Shown: one piece after another, positions 11,612 to 25,036 of the stretch
Layout: every line of letters begins with the position of its first letter
How positions within the stretch are numbered: the stretch's first letter is position 1
Source: Epiperipatus broadwayi
Taxonomy: Eukaryota > Animalia > Onychophora
Length of the DNA stretch: 64,000 nt
Reading direction: 5' to 3'
NCBI GenBank assembly: GCA_028023455.1
Contig: JAQFVV010000003.1
Coordinates: forward strand, 7,192,001 to 7,256,000
Notes under the pieces: generated by a model
Told to the model about the DNA's origin: nothing
The model's database searches: none
What the model saw: only the letters and a program-made list of their open reading frames with translations
Program-made: the position numbers and the translations under genes

Positions 11612-13090
11612 TATTTATATTTTTATGCATAGAATCAGCATATTTTTTGTCAATGGTAGATGTGAAAAAATGATGGATTTAAACAAAAAAAAATGTATTT
11701 CTATGACACTGATTTTGGAACCAGAGAAACCAGATGTCAGATGTGGGGAAATGATACATGAGTAAAATATGGATCAAGAATTCATTGTAATATATAAAAA
11801 AAAACACAAAGAATTAGATAAAAATATCATATTATGAAAAAATACATCATAAAAGCAACAAGAGAATAAAAGGTTAGAGAACTGCATGAACATTATATAA
11901 ACATTATAAGACAAATTGATAAAAATAAAATTGGAAAATAATGTATAATAAAATGCCTAAGATGTGATAAAATGCATAGTTTTACCATTGATAGATATTA
12001 GACATAAAATGTAAAAATCATATAAAATTCAACATATATAAGAAAACAAAATGATGAAAAAATACAATGAACAATTACATAAATTGCTACCTTTTGATTT
12101 AAAAGTGTCAAACTTACTTTATATACAACTTTGACACCATTCACTTTAGATAAATACAGTAATGATCATCATTAATTATTTATTAAACTAGAGATTATTT
12201 CTAATCCATATAAACTTTAAACCTCAATTAAAAATTAATATATGTTTTATTAATGAAATATATATGCATGTAATATATATGCATGTAGTAATTCAACTTC
12301 ATTTCTCTTTCTCCATGTATATCTTTTATAGATATACTTAATAACTGTTCCACTTCCACATATCTTGAGTGCCATTTGTTTTTTAATTAATATATCTTTA
12401 TCCATATGTTTTAAGAATTTGTGGTAGTGAGAAAATTATTAAGTATATTTATAAAAATAATAATAATTATTACATAATACTGCTAAATCTAAGAGAAAAC
12501 AAACATAACAAAACTGTAAAAAGATAAGTTACAAAAAATCAATTTTATTTATACACTTAATAGGTATAGAATATAAACTGTAAAGATAAAATACATCCCA
12601 TTATATATGAAGACAACAAGACTTTGAGAAAATATTATAAATCATTATATATTAATGAAATTATAAATAAACGCATTAGCATTGAACAAACTTCAGAACT
12701 ATACATAATAGTAAAATTTTGAACAAAAATAAAAAATGCAGATATATATGCAAGCATTAAGTGCCATAAAACTTTTGGAAATGATTAAACTCTTTCTAGA
12801 TGACATATTATCTGTTTGTTATTTTCAGATTGCTCAAATGTATATTTTTTATTATTGTTATAAAAGTGTTTCTACTTTATTATTGTTCAACCTCTTTTCT
12901 TTTTACCATCAACCTTTCCAATCATTATACACTTAACTAATGAATTATTTTATCTCATGATTAAACTTTTTAATTATGCTTCATGTAAACTAATAATAAT
13001 GTATACACTTTTTTAAAAAGTGTGTATGTGCATGAATATATGTGAATATATATGATTGCTTGTGATTACTGTATTTACTAAAAAAATGTT

Positions 13091-13489
13091 AAAACAAGCA
13101 AAACTCTCCATACAGTAGTGCCACTCAATGCAAGCCATAGTAATCAATGGATGCCAGAAGACTTGTGCATAAAATCCCTATCTAGTGCCTACTCATCCAA
13201 TATCCCCACAGTAGTTTCTGGCTTGCATCCTTTGTCAATGAGGAGTCTTGGATCTGAGAGCACTGCACCTAGATCTTAGGATCTAATGCAACCCTCCAAC
13301 AGCCACCTTTTATCTCTACTTAACTACAAAACCATGAGAATAAAATTGAAAACACAATATTTTCAATCTAAGCTCATTAGCTTATATAATCATATAGGTC
13401 TGAACTCAGTTCAGTACCCCTACATTTTGGTGTCTTTGGTTCTTTAATAACCATAGCCTACACTGATCATGTGATGTTCAGTGGTTTAA
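13091..13489 (-). mobile_element. Family B copy, older, with inactivated HHR (13204-13243) and a short inverted terminal piece (about 13463-13489)
   Basis: Colinear with about 1095-1470. HHR reads CCTCA-TTGACAA-AGGATGCAAGCCA-GAAAC-TA-CTG-TGGGG. The terminal piece is the reverse complement of 1497-1520. Confidence 0.85.
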
Positions 13490-16184
13490 AAAATTATGCA
13501 TATAATAAAATCCATTTTGACTGTAAAAATATTGATTTGATCCAGTTCTTTGCTTATTGTTTGAAAATGATCACAAAACTCTCTAGAAAAATACATGGTT
13601 CCAATGATACAATTACTTTTTAAAAAATAAAAATTTTAATGGCTGATGTTTCAAGTACAACAGTCAGATGTACATTTACTTCTAGGCAAAATAGATACAT
13701 GACTAGGCATCACTGGCATTTGTCATTACTGCATGAAATAAATAAATCCATTGGATTCAATGGCTAAATTAATATATACATCAATAATAATACTTATTGC
13801 AACATCTATTTAGGGTTTTGTCAGGCAAAAATTGCAAACATTATTCAGATTTAAGCATATATAGTTATTTTCCATATTACATTTCCTTGACCATAATTTT
13901 CAATGTTACAGAATAGTTATTGGCCATAAAGAATAGATGGTGTATATAAATAATAAATTTAAATTTGTATGTGATTATAGTGAAGAAACTTTCATGTGTT
14001 GTAAAACTTATATTGAAGAAATTTGTAATAAAAATGTAAATGCTAATGAATTGAAAATGGCAATAAAACAGTTTAATATATTAATTAAATATGCCTGTTA
14101 TTGCAGTCACTGCTTCTGAAAAATTGAATTTTATAATCAAAAACAAAATTATATCCATATTTCCTAATATTGGAATAATTTAAGATTGTTTTTGAACAAT
14201 GTTAAAGGAGAGCATTCATTTTCCATACTGAAACTGGTAAAAATGCATATTTATGCCATATTCTTTTGAAACAAAAGTCAAATGTATTGGCAATACTATA
14301 CATAGCAAACAAAATTCTAAAAACTTTTTGTTACAAGGATATTTATTATAAATAAGTTCACAGATATCAAAATTAGGAAACAAAAACTTTAAATTCTTAA
14401 ATCAATTTAATATTGATTTTTAAATTTCATTTTATAATTTTTTGTAATCATAATCTAATAATATAAATTAACACAATTTCAAAAATTGATTTTTTTAAAT
14501 AAATATTATCCTCATTCGTGTTTATATAAAAAGAGTTCAGACATTCATTTGTCTAATGCTTGAAAAGCTCTAGAAGTGGCCCTGTCAATAACAAAGGATA
14601 TCCCTAAGCTTCTTTCTTGCTTAATTATAAGAATATCCCTCCTTATATTCTATTGGTTAAATTTTTCATAATGTTGATAGCTTTTTAACTATTGGAAGCT
14701 AAAACAACTTTTTAAAATTCTCAACCAATAGAATTTGAATATGAGGAAAGGGGGTAACACTTGTACATTTCACACACACTCTTTCAATTTGGGGATACTA
14801 TGTGCTAAAACTTCAGTTACTATTTTTTTTAAAAATAAAAAAATTGTATGATTGGAATTTAGTGCTTTAATAGAGTTTCTGATCACTTTTAAACAATACA
14901 GCAAAAAAAAAAAAAAAATCAAATTAATTTTTTTTTTTAATTTTTGATGATACTAATCAAAATGGGTTTTGTCTACATTGATTTTGTCAATAAATAATCA
15001 TAAGCAATTATCATTTATCTGTAAAAATATTAAAATTGACATATATACATATATATCACTTGGTATGACAAAGTTTTGAGTTCTGATTATGATAGGGCAA
15101 TGCCTCCTAGTTTCAAAGACAATTACATTATACTGTACATAAAAATTAATCAACTTTGGTTTGCCTCCAAAGTTTTATATGGATCATAGATTAGAACAAT
15201 AATAATTACAGGAAGTAGGATGAAATGAGTTGAGATGTTTTGCAGCAAACTCTCAATGAAGAATTAATTTCTATTCACTTTAATAATCTTTCAAACAACC
15301 CATCAAATATCAAGCACATAATTTTATAATTTTGCATCAGAGACAAATAAACACATGAAATGATAATCCTACAGATGTTGGCTAAACTAATATAAACTGA
15401 TTTGATGCATTTACAGCTATCATTCTTCTAATCTATGATTCATATAAGAATTTGGATAGTGAAAGTACATGGACTCATAATTTATAATGTGACTAATTTT
15501 AATTCTAGGAACATTACATTATTGTAGATATCATTTAAATATTTATCACTCCTAGTGTTACTTATTTGTCAGCATCTGTAAAATCCTATTTTCAAATGAT
15601 CTCATAGAGCTAGTTTAGATAAATAGACATATCTGTGATAGAAAAAAAAAATCCTAATTAAAATTTAAAAAGCAGGATAGGGCAGTTATGTCTAATTAAA
15701 TAGGTAAAAAAACAGGTATTAAGGTAAAATAAGATTATAGTTATAAATTTAAATCATTAGTAGTAAAATAAAGATAAGCATTTAGAAATTAAAATAAAAA
15801 GACAGGAAAGGAAATATAATAGAAAATATTTTATAAGACATTCAAAAGATACAAGATATTAAATTGAAATCAATATAATATTAAATAATTAATCATTAAT
15901 TAAATGAATATCTAAATGTAATGATGCTAAAGCATCCAATAAATTATAATAATTGGATAGTCACAGCAATATGTGGTATTACTATCTGTAAATATTTTTA
16001 GAATAGGAGAATAAAATTTCAGGATAGAAAAATGAAATTTTGTAGTTAAAAAATATGTTTGATATTTGGAATGTTCAGTATTTTATTTTGTGCTTTGTTA
16101 AAAATATATTTATTATTTAAATTAGATAGTTCATATATATCTAACACAAATATTATGTTAATTAATCACTTAAAACTCGTCATA

Positions 16185-16375
16185 AAAAATTAGAAAAAGT
16201 GTCACACAAACTCAGAAAAATTCAAAGACTTATTAAAAATTTGGCAGAGATAATCGTGAATAAACTTTAATCTCCCTGATTTAGGATAGGTTTTTAATTT
16301 GGATTAAAATAATTATTGAAAACATTGATGCATGTTGAGATGATAATAAATAGTGATTATGGAGTATCCTAAATT
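16185..16375 (+). mobile_element. Highly decayed LINE RT fragment (CR1-like)
   Basis: Remnants KVSHK...RLIKNL...WI...YGVS resemble FDKV.H..L..KL...WI...SGVPQG. Weak. Confidence 0.3.
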
Positions 16376-16488
16376 AAACAGATAAGCTATTATTTATTTA
16401 GTTTATATAAGTTAAAATAATTTTCTATATCATTCATAGCAAACTTTGCTCTCTTTCTCTCTCTCTCTCTCTCTTTATATATATATAT

Positions 16489-16860
16489 TGTAACCGTTCG
16501 ATTGTTGTCCCAACTACATAATATCACCAAAACATAAGTGCGCTAAGAATTGTAACCTCGATCACCGATCAATTCCCACTGCACATTGTCAGCTATTAAG
16601 AGCTGTAACCAAAAGCATATCATGCCATCTATATTATGCACCAAAGACCACAACCAACATCTGGAGCAACTTACCACAGACCAAACCAATGATATAACAT
16701 AAACTTTTTATGATTTAATTTGATCGCAGCCAGGGTGTACCGCGAAGACCTATCATAGTAGTATGATAAAATACATTAAACAAATTATAAGTATGTAATG
16801 TTATTATCTTTCAAATCTTAATTTGCGATTTTCATTGTATGAGACCCGATGGCCGACCAT
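16489..16860 (+). mobile_element. Possible LTR with PBS-like TGGCCGACC (16850-16858) at the start of a CpG-richer block
   Basis: Starts with TG right after (TC)n(TA)n, shows an abrupt rise in CpG, and has a PBS-like motif followed by AAGATGGC. No partner LTR found. Confidence 0.35.
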
Positions 16861-19800
16861 GTACAAGATGGCATAATTTGTGGAACTACATAAGATTATG
16901 AAATTTTAAACCATCTATATGATTTTTAATACAAATGCTAGTCCAGGTAAAGCTTTGCAATAAATAAACATAAATACTTGGGTTCTTTTTTTATAGTTTA
17001 CTATATCACTGAGACTCTTATTATACTGACAAATGACAATTTAAAAACGTTAAGTAAATATATTCAATCATGTCATTATCTGGTAAATCTGTTTACAGGT
17101 TTAATAATCAATTTATATTGTATACTAGAATCAACTACGCAAAGCTAAAATGATGGAAAAGGTAAATGGGATTTTATTGTACCTTACACATCATAAACTA
17201 CCAAAGACGAAAAGCATCCAAATGTTTTCTCAAAATATCACTAAACTCTTATATCATGTTGACGATAGTATGTACTTCAATGTATGCTCTATCCAAGGTT
17301 TATGATTTCTGATTTTACGAATGACAAATAGCAACGGCACAGTAAGTTTAATTATAAATCAACGTTTATTTACAAATTTATGAATAATAAGTAATTAAAT
17401 CTAATGTTATAATTAAAGACATAAATAAACAAATAAAATAAATAAATTATAATTCCATCGACTTTCTTCAATAACATATCATAGGTACGGTTTTTAAAAA
17501 CCTAATCATACCTTATATTTCAATTTGATATAATGAATGTATTGAGGAAATTATACTAAATTCAACATCAACTCATGAAACATCTAATGTCATTTCCAGA
17601 TTCAATAAATCTATACCGTAAACTTATAATAATATAATAAATAATATTATATCTGTAGGATTTAGCTATAATGCAATCATTAAATAAAGTGAAAATTTAA
17701 ACTTACATTCAGGTAAATAATAATCAACCAACAGTTAATTATTATGAGGTAACTTGAATAGAATGTCCTGCTACAATTTAATGATCTAACTTATAAATTA
17801 TACTTACAAATGAAAGAAGATGATTTAGCAGAATAACTAAAATACTTTGCCCAACTTATATCTATGAAGTAAAACCATATTCCTGTGGATGCATTCATCT
17901 ACACATAGGAATTAAATAACACTAAACGCTTTGTGGATTTATACACCATCATAAAGTAATAAATATAATTACACAATTCCACGGATTAACCACCAGCACA
18001 GGAATGAGTGTAAAATACAAAAAAATGGCAATTAAGTAATCTGCAGATTAACCACCAGCACAGATTAATGCCTTTTAACATTATAAAACAACATTACTAT
18101 TTACTTCACATTAAAGTGCAAAATCATCCTCCTCAGTTATTCTGACCATTCAGAAAACACTAACATTTTAGCAAATGTGGGTTCTTGCATAATAAAATGT
18201 TACGCTAATCAGGACAACTAATGTACTAACTTATCTTGCTTAAAATAAAACATATGTAATATAATATAAGTAATATTAGTATAGGAATAGAAATCTGGAA
18301 AGACTCACAAAATACCTCATGAAAAATTGATACATCTCATAAATTCATTTAGTACTTTTCAAGCTTTTTCGCAAGCACTATTCTCTTGAATAAGTATTTT
18401 ATTCAACCCCTATTAATTTAAACTTAATAAATATAACTTATGAACTTCACATGCAAGTTCATATAACGATAAAATTAAAGTAATGCATTATTCATCAAAT
18501 ACATAAAATCTAACAGGTGTGTGTGTGATATAAATTAAATGTATAGCATTTTATAGTTCAATACATGAATTCTAGCAGGTGTGTGTATCACAAATTAAAT
18601 TGTATAGCATTTTATGACTACAAATATGATCCGTGAAATCCATGTACAATGTGTCGAACAATAAATATAAGAAGTAATAGCTACAATTATAGTTGAATTC
18701 CATACATGTAATTTTATCCATTTGTATTAGTTATTCAGAGTTTAAATGAAAATGTTTTTTCATAAATTAATTTCTACATTTCTCTATTAAAACTGTTCCA
18801 AGTTTATCACATCCATGCTAATATTTATTTATCCACGCTTAAATCTAGGAATACTAATTATAGCAATTAATTTAATCATTCCAAACTGACGATAAAATTA
18901 GAAAATAGCTTTGATTAATTATTTGAAGACTGTTTTTATTATCCAAATGGTAAACAAATTAACTAGCAAATATATTACTGGCATTGCAAAGTTAAATATC
19001 AATCAATACTATATTTTTTATTAAAATTATAAACGGAAATATTAAACTATGTTAATTAATAACTTTAACATTTTACTTTAATTTAAACTTCTTCTTTTTT
19101 AAAAAGCAAATTTTCATATTTATAAAACTTCTGTAATTAAAATACTTATTTAATTTTTCCAAATTGTAGAATAATAAATATTTTAAAACATACCAAAATC
19201 TTGCAATTAATTCTGCTTTTAAACTGGAAAGCTCCGACATATTTCAAATGTAATATTGGAAAATTATTACTGGCGATTTGATCCACCTGGCTAGCCGACT
19301 TGAACAGACTTTTAAATTTAGCAATTCATCTTATTATTAAATACCACTATGTTATTTTTACGTTTATAGAAAACTTTGTGGTAATCCGTTTACTTGTTAA
19401 CTATTTTAAAATAAGCTTATCATATTTACACCATTTGCCTTTTACCATTTTCTTTTCTTTCTCTCCCCAAAAGCAACACTATCAGACGATCTTTTTTTTT
19501 AATTCACGCTCCTTTCTTTTTTACATTGAAATGCATACGTAATTACTGTATTTATTTTTAATAATTAAATTTAGTTGAACAAATGGTTTTTTTAATTCAA
19601 TGGAAATAATTTTTAAGACCATTTTAAACAAATAAAAATTATTATTATTTTTAATAATATTTTACCAAATTTAATGTGTTGTCAAAATTTTTAAAAAGTT
19701 AAACATTTTGATATGAATTAGTATATGGAAAGAAGCAATTTAAATTTATTAAAATAATATAGACAACAAGTAAGGCAAAATATTACCCATTCTCTCTAAT

Positions 19801-19949
19801 AAATTATTTTGAATATAAGAGAGTAATCTGTTCAAAGTGCAAATCAAGCCAATCAAATCACCAAAAGAAGACAGAGAAATTTTTATACCAGTTACATCAA
19901 TTATTATATTTTATACTAAAATATATGGTTACAATATATATATATATCA

Positions 19950-21235
19950 GCAGCATTTTCAAATATTAATCAACTATAGGATGAAGGTCTCTCTAAATTT
20001 AATCTGATTTCTTTGATCCATAGTCCTTTTTCTTCCACATCACACAAACAAACTTCCTTATTTCATGCATCCAGATTACATATGGTTTCAGGTTTTTTAC
20101 TATCTCTAGGGATTCAGTTTAAAACTTCAATTGTTCATCTATTTTCATCTAAAAATTATGTCCATATCAACTCCATATCAGACTTTTATTTCTTTCAATA
20201 ATATCAATGACATCCATTTGTTCTCACACCCAATTATTTCATTTTCAATCTTTTCTTCTCATTCTCAACACACATCTCTACATACTTCATTAAGTCATTT
20301 GAAACCCCTATATTGTTCTTATGTTGAATATCCAAATCTCAGATCTATAAATAAGAACTGGTAAAACATATATATTATAAACCTTTTTCAAATACATAAG
20401 CATGTTTACTAAAACACTCCACTTAAATTTAATTCTATTTTTAATTTCATTCATTATTTTTCTATCTGTATTAATAATCTAACCATGTGATTTGTAGTTT
20501 TAACTTCTAATTCATCATTATCAATCTTTATTTTCTTTTGAAAAAAATCCATTGAACATTATTTTAGATTTGTTAGTATTTATTTTTAGGCCTACTTTTT
20601 TTTTTATTTGATAAATCTTACATTTACTAAAGGTCTAAAGCATTATTTCAAAAATAACCACATTATATGCAAAACCTAAATGACTTAAATATCCATCATA
20701 TATTTTTTCTTTTTAATTTTCCATTTTAATCAACAAAATATTTCTTGTAAAACTGCTATAATAAGTTTTTGGAGATATGAAATCACTTTGTTGTATAGCC
20801 TTACCAAAGCTAATCTCCTTAGTATCACCATATAATCTAATCACTGCTATTGAAATGTAATAAATATTTTTCAGAATATAACAATGTCATTGGTCTATAT
20901 CCTGGTGATCTAAAACTTTAATCACTGTGGAAATGCTTATAGAATAAAATACTTTTTATAATCTACAAATCCAAAGCATAATGGCAACTCATAACTTCTC
21001 TCAAAAATTGAATGTGATCTACTTGCTAAAATCACTTTTAAATCCAGCTTGTTCTTTTGGTTGGTTTAAATCCAAAGTTCTTTGTAAATGAGTTGTTATT
21101 ATTTTAATAAAGATTTTGTATAGAACTTATAAAAGAGTAATAAGTCTGTAATTTCTAATATCTTCATCATCTTTCTTAAATATCATTATTACTATTGTAT
21201 TCTTCCAATCATCTGGTACATCTTTATTATTTACA
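19950..21235 (-). mobile_element. 5'-truncated, decayed RTE-clade LINE (RT and 3' end)
   Basis: KDVPDDWKNTIVIMIFKKDDEDIRNYRLITLL, LDLNQPKEQAGF, FVDYKK, YLSHLGFAYNVV (decayed LSHLRFADDIV), PVLIYRSEIW and an RTE-type C-terminus, ending in (TA)n. Confidence 0.9.
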
Positions 21236-22332
21236 TAGTTGGTACACACACACACACACCCATATATATATATATATGAGACGAGAAAGAGTGAGAATTG
21301 TTTGTTCAAAGTTAGTTAGAAAGAGAGATATTAAGAAAATAAATTTAGTGATAAATATAACTTTGATTAGAGTTAATATTTATTTTTTATTATATATACA
21401 CATGCAGACACATTAAATTATATTTGTGCATATTTAAAACTGTGTATGAAAAAATTTTCATATATTAAGAAAAAAAAAGTATTTCTTAAATATTTTTATT
21501 TGATTAATAGGGAAGTTATAAATTCATTTCCACAATCATTCTTCTAAATAATTGGATTTTTTTTATTAATTAAATAAAGTTGTTTTTGTAATTTTAAGTT
21601 CTAAAAGAATTTATTCTTTTTCACTTCAAGTTTATTTTAATTAAATATGTTTTGAAACAAGGGTAATAAACTAGATTTAATTAATAATAATTGGAATTTG
21701 GAAGTGAGAACAATCTAAATTGTTTTGAATTTCTATATCAGATATAAAAAAAAATCGAAAGAAATATAAAGTCTATTATGCTACATTTTGAAATTTGCTG
21801 TCTCTAAATTATATTAAGGGAAAAATCTTATTCTCATTTAATTCTCTCTCTGTTAGCCTGGACTGAGTGATAAAAAAAATTGAATATATAAGATTATTTT
21901 TCCTAAATTTTCCTGGAAAAAAATGTGTATTCAAGTCACTGTGAAATGTGAGAAAATCTGAATAATAACTGAAAGTAAAACAGAAGTCATAAGTTAATGA
22001 TGAAAAAATGTCTAAAATCACTCTTTCTTTGATTGTTTGCCCAACTTTAAGTGATATTCTGTAACATTATTTCAAACATTTAGCTACAACTGAATATTTC
22101 TCTAATCATAACATGAAAGAAGTCATCAAAGTTCTTAGAAAATTTAACATTCTAAATTTTCTGTTATACAGTTTCTTGCACAAGAATAACTAAAAAGACT
22201 GTTGACAATATTTAAAATCCTCCTGAGTTCAGGTATTTACATTACTCTTTAAAAGTTTCTTCAAAAATCTGCACACATAATCAGAAGCTACATTACAAGT
22301 TTGAAAAGATCTATTTAAAAAAAGATTACAAT

Positions 22333-22430
22333 GCATTGGTGGCATGTGGTCAGCACCGCTGCCTTACAAGCAGTTGTCCCATGTTCGCGGGTTCACTTCC
22401 CGGCCAATGCTTTGACACATGAAAAAAAAG
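22333..22430 (+). pseudogene. Full-length tRNA-Gly(TCC)-derived mini-retroposon (anticodon mutated to TAC, T-arm duplication) with TTTGACACAT trailer and A8 tail
   Basis: GCATTGGTGGCATGTGGTCAGCACCGCTGCCTTACAAGCAGTTGTCCC...GGGTTCACTTCCCGGCCAATGC. Decayed TSD GATTACAAT(G) at 22324-22333 vs GACTATAATG at 22431-22440. Confidence 0.8.
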
Positions 22431-22734
22431 GACTATAATGAAGTTATAAACTACACTTTATCAATGTATATTATTTCAGTCATATGCTATCACAAAAGAA
22501 TGTGAATAAACAAATAATAAAACATTGAAATTTACAGACTTATTAAATTTTATGAATCTGGTATAGTGATGGCCATTTTTTTCTTTTGCTAAATATCACA
22601 TTATCCTATTTCAAATGTGACTTAATTTAATCACATTTTTTTCATGATTTAAATACAGTTCAGTATCACAATTGTATGCATATATGGAGCATCATTGTTT
22701 GCACTTTTTTTCTCAAAAAGTTTTATATTGTATA

Positions 22735-23070
22735 CAGTAGGTACCATATGTTTAGTAAAGTATTTCATAGAACAATGAGTTATAAATAATAATAATAGTT
22801 ATAATAAAACATAAAATACTTCTGTTAAATGAGAAAATAAAAACCGTTGATATAATCATATTCTGAAGCAAGCCATAAGTTTCAAAAGAATGAATTATCA
22901 ATCAGAGAAATTATAAAGAAAGAAAAGCAGATATATATATATACCACTGTTGCTTCTGCCTCTGCGACAGCTAAAGTTGTAATTAAAGTAAAAAACAATT
23001 TTTGGGTTAAAATGGAAAAAAATCCTTAAATCTGTGGTCATAAAAATATTCCTGTTGATGGTCTTTCATT
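22735..23070 (+). mobile_element. Tigger/pogo DNA transposon, 5' fragment
   Basis: TA|CAGTAGGTACC terminus. Remnants KNELSIREIIKKEKQI and VKMEK..LNLW..KNIPVDG (CENP-B-type HTH domains). Right end not defined. Confidence 0.75.
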
Positions 23071-24735
23071 GACTAAGAATATACATTTTTATTTTTATTT
23101 TTAATGAATGTGCATGATTGAACACACACAAATATACTGTATATGGAAATGTGCTTTCTCAATTTTTATTAATAATTCCTTTATTATTTTTTTAAAAGAA
23201 ATTATTTATATTTTTAATCTTAATTTATAATTATTTACTATACACATAAAAAGGCATTCATTGTATATATAATACCTGTATGTATGTTAAAAACTACTCT
23301 ATTGTCCGTTTACAGTATAATAAACAATACTTACCATATTGCATTCAAAGCTTGTCAACAAAACGTTGAAAAGGGCACTAAACCATGTGTTGAAAAAGAT
23401 TTTATGTGTGATTAATATATATTTATATGTTTTATATGATTTTCTGTTGTTGTTTTTGTAATATATAGCCTATATTGCTGGTTCCACTATATAAATTAAT
23501 TTTTACATAGACTTCTGCTACAATTTTAGTAAAAAAAAAAAAATCATTTAAATATTTAATGACATATATTAGAAGTGTAATTTTTCTCTTTATTGGTTAA
23601 ATTTTGTTGAAAATATTTATTTTACTTTATAATCACCTTTAATGTAATACTTTCTTTTATATATTGATTTATGATTAAAGATACATTTCACAGATGAGAA
23701 AAATTAATAGGGGAGAAAATACCTCAAACCTATTAATATTGTATAATTAGTCAATTATGGCTTAAAAAAATTTTTTTTTCTATAAATTTATTATATTTCA
23801 ATATTATGGTTAAAAAGGATAAAATATTTTGTTTTATATGTTAAGAGGTAATTTTTAAATGTTAGGGTTTTATTTTAATACTAACTCAAAATAATTATGA
23901 GAGAGTTATTCTCTAAGAAATTGAAAAGATAATGAATAAAAATTGTTATATTAAACAAATGTTTCCGGATTAATAACAAATAATGTAGTAAATAATAAAA
24001 GATTTATATTATAATATACACATTATAAATTAGTTAAATTTAAATTTTTTAACTGCTAAAATAAATTTAAATTATATTATTGCATGAATGATGTATATGT
24101 ATAATATATATGCAAAGTTTGGTCAGAAGAATTGGATTCATTAGTTTTGTGGAAGTAACATCACATGATCACCACTTCTTATGCTTGCGTATAACTGTTT
24201 TAAGTGTGGCAATACGTATAGTGAGTGATGATTATTTAGCTAAGAGATTTTTATGAGTTATTAAGTTTTGAAATTATAGAAAGATTTGAAATGTATGAAA
24301 CTATTTATAATCCTGTTTTACTTAAAGATAGTGAAGTTAAAAAGAAAAGAAATAGAAAATAGTGCAAACTTATTTTAATTAATGTCTGAATAAGAAGAAA
24401 TAATTTGTACTTTATTATCAGTAGGCTGAGATAAATCTGCTTTGAATTCTAGAAAGCTGTGAAATCAAAAGTTTTATATGTGTTTATGCTATAAAATAAT
24501 ATTTATTATAGTATAGTCATTTATCATTTGATGTTACTGAAAATATTGTGTTCTCATGTTATTTCAAATGAGTTTAGAAAATAATTTATTGCAGATTTAT
24601 TTATAGTTTTTCCATTAGCAATTAACGCACCTTTGTACCATGAGACATAGTGATAAATATGAGTCAATGAATCATTAGTATGGCACTATTTGAATAAGAA
24701 TTTACTAATATTTTGTCATATGTAGTAACATTTAA

Positions 24736-25036
24736 GATCATGTATATTGCTTATAATACTTCATTCATATACACTTTAATGCAACTATTTTTTTTAAAAA
24801 CTTTATTTTCTTACAGTTTTGACTGTACAGCAGTCTTCATCAGAGCTCTATCTTCATCTCTGCTTTACTGCAGTAAAGCAGAGATGAAGATAGAGCTCTG
24901 ATGAAGACTGCTGTAAGAAAATAAAGTTTTTAAGGAAATTAGTTGCATTAAAGTGTATATGAATGAATTATTATAAGCAATATATATGATTATATGAAGA
25001 TATGCAAAGAAAGTGAAGGAGAAGAATAAGAGAGTA
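24736..25036 (+). mobile_element. HHR short retroelement family E as a loop-less palindrome (centre 24870/24871) with a 3' tail
   Basis: Perfect 90-bp palindrome 24826-24915, with diverged arms extending to about 24737 and 24990. TSD TAACATTTAA at 24726-24735 and 25037-25046. Confidence 0.8.
24810..24848 (-). ncRNA. Hammerhead ribozyme, family E, decayed (G12>A)
   Basis: Minus strand GAGCT-CTGATGA-A-GACTG-ctgta-CAGTC-AAAAC-T-GTA-AG. The right-arm copy lost 14 nt between CTGTA direct repeats. Confidence 0.7.

Noticed and set aside
22333-22410. Functional tRNA-Val(TAC) gene
   Set aside because: Gly-type body, duplicated T-arm, and poly(A) plus TSD indicate a retroposed pseudogene.
23335-23410. 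Possible minus-strand exon (FFNTWFSALFNVLLTSFECNM) ending at GTAAGT
   Set aside because: No polypyrimidine acceptor, and the resemblance to membrane proteins is too weak.
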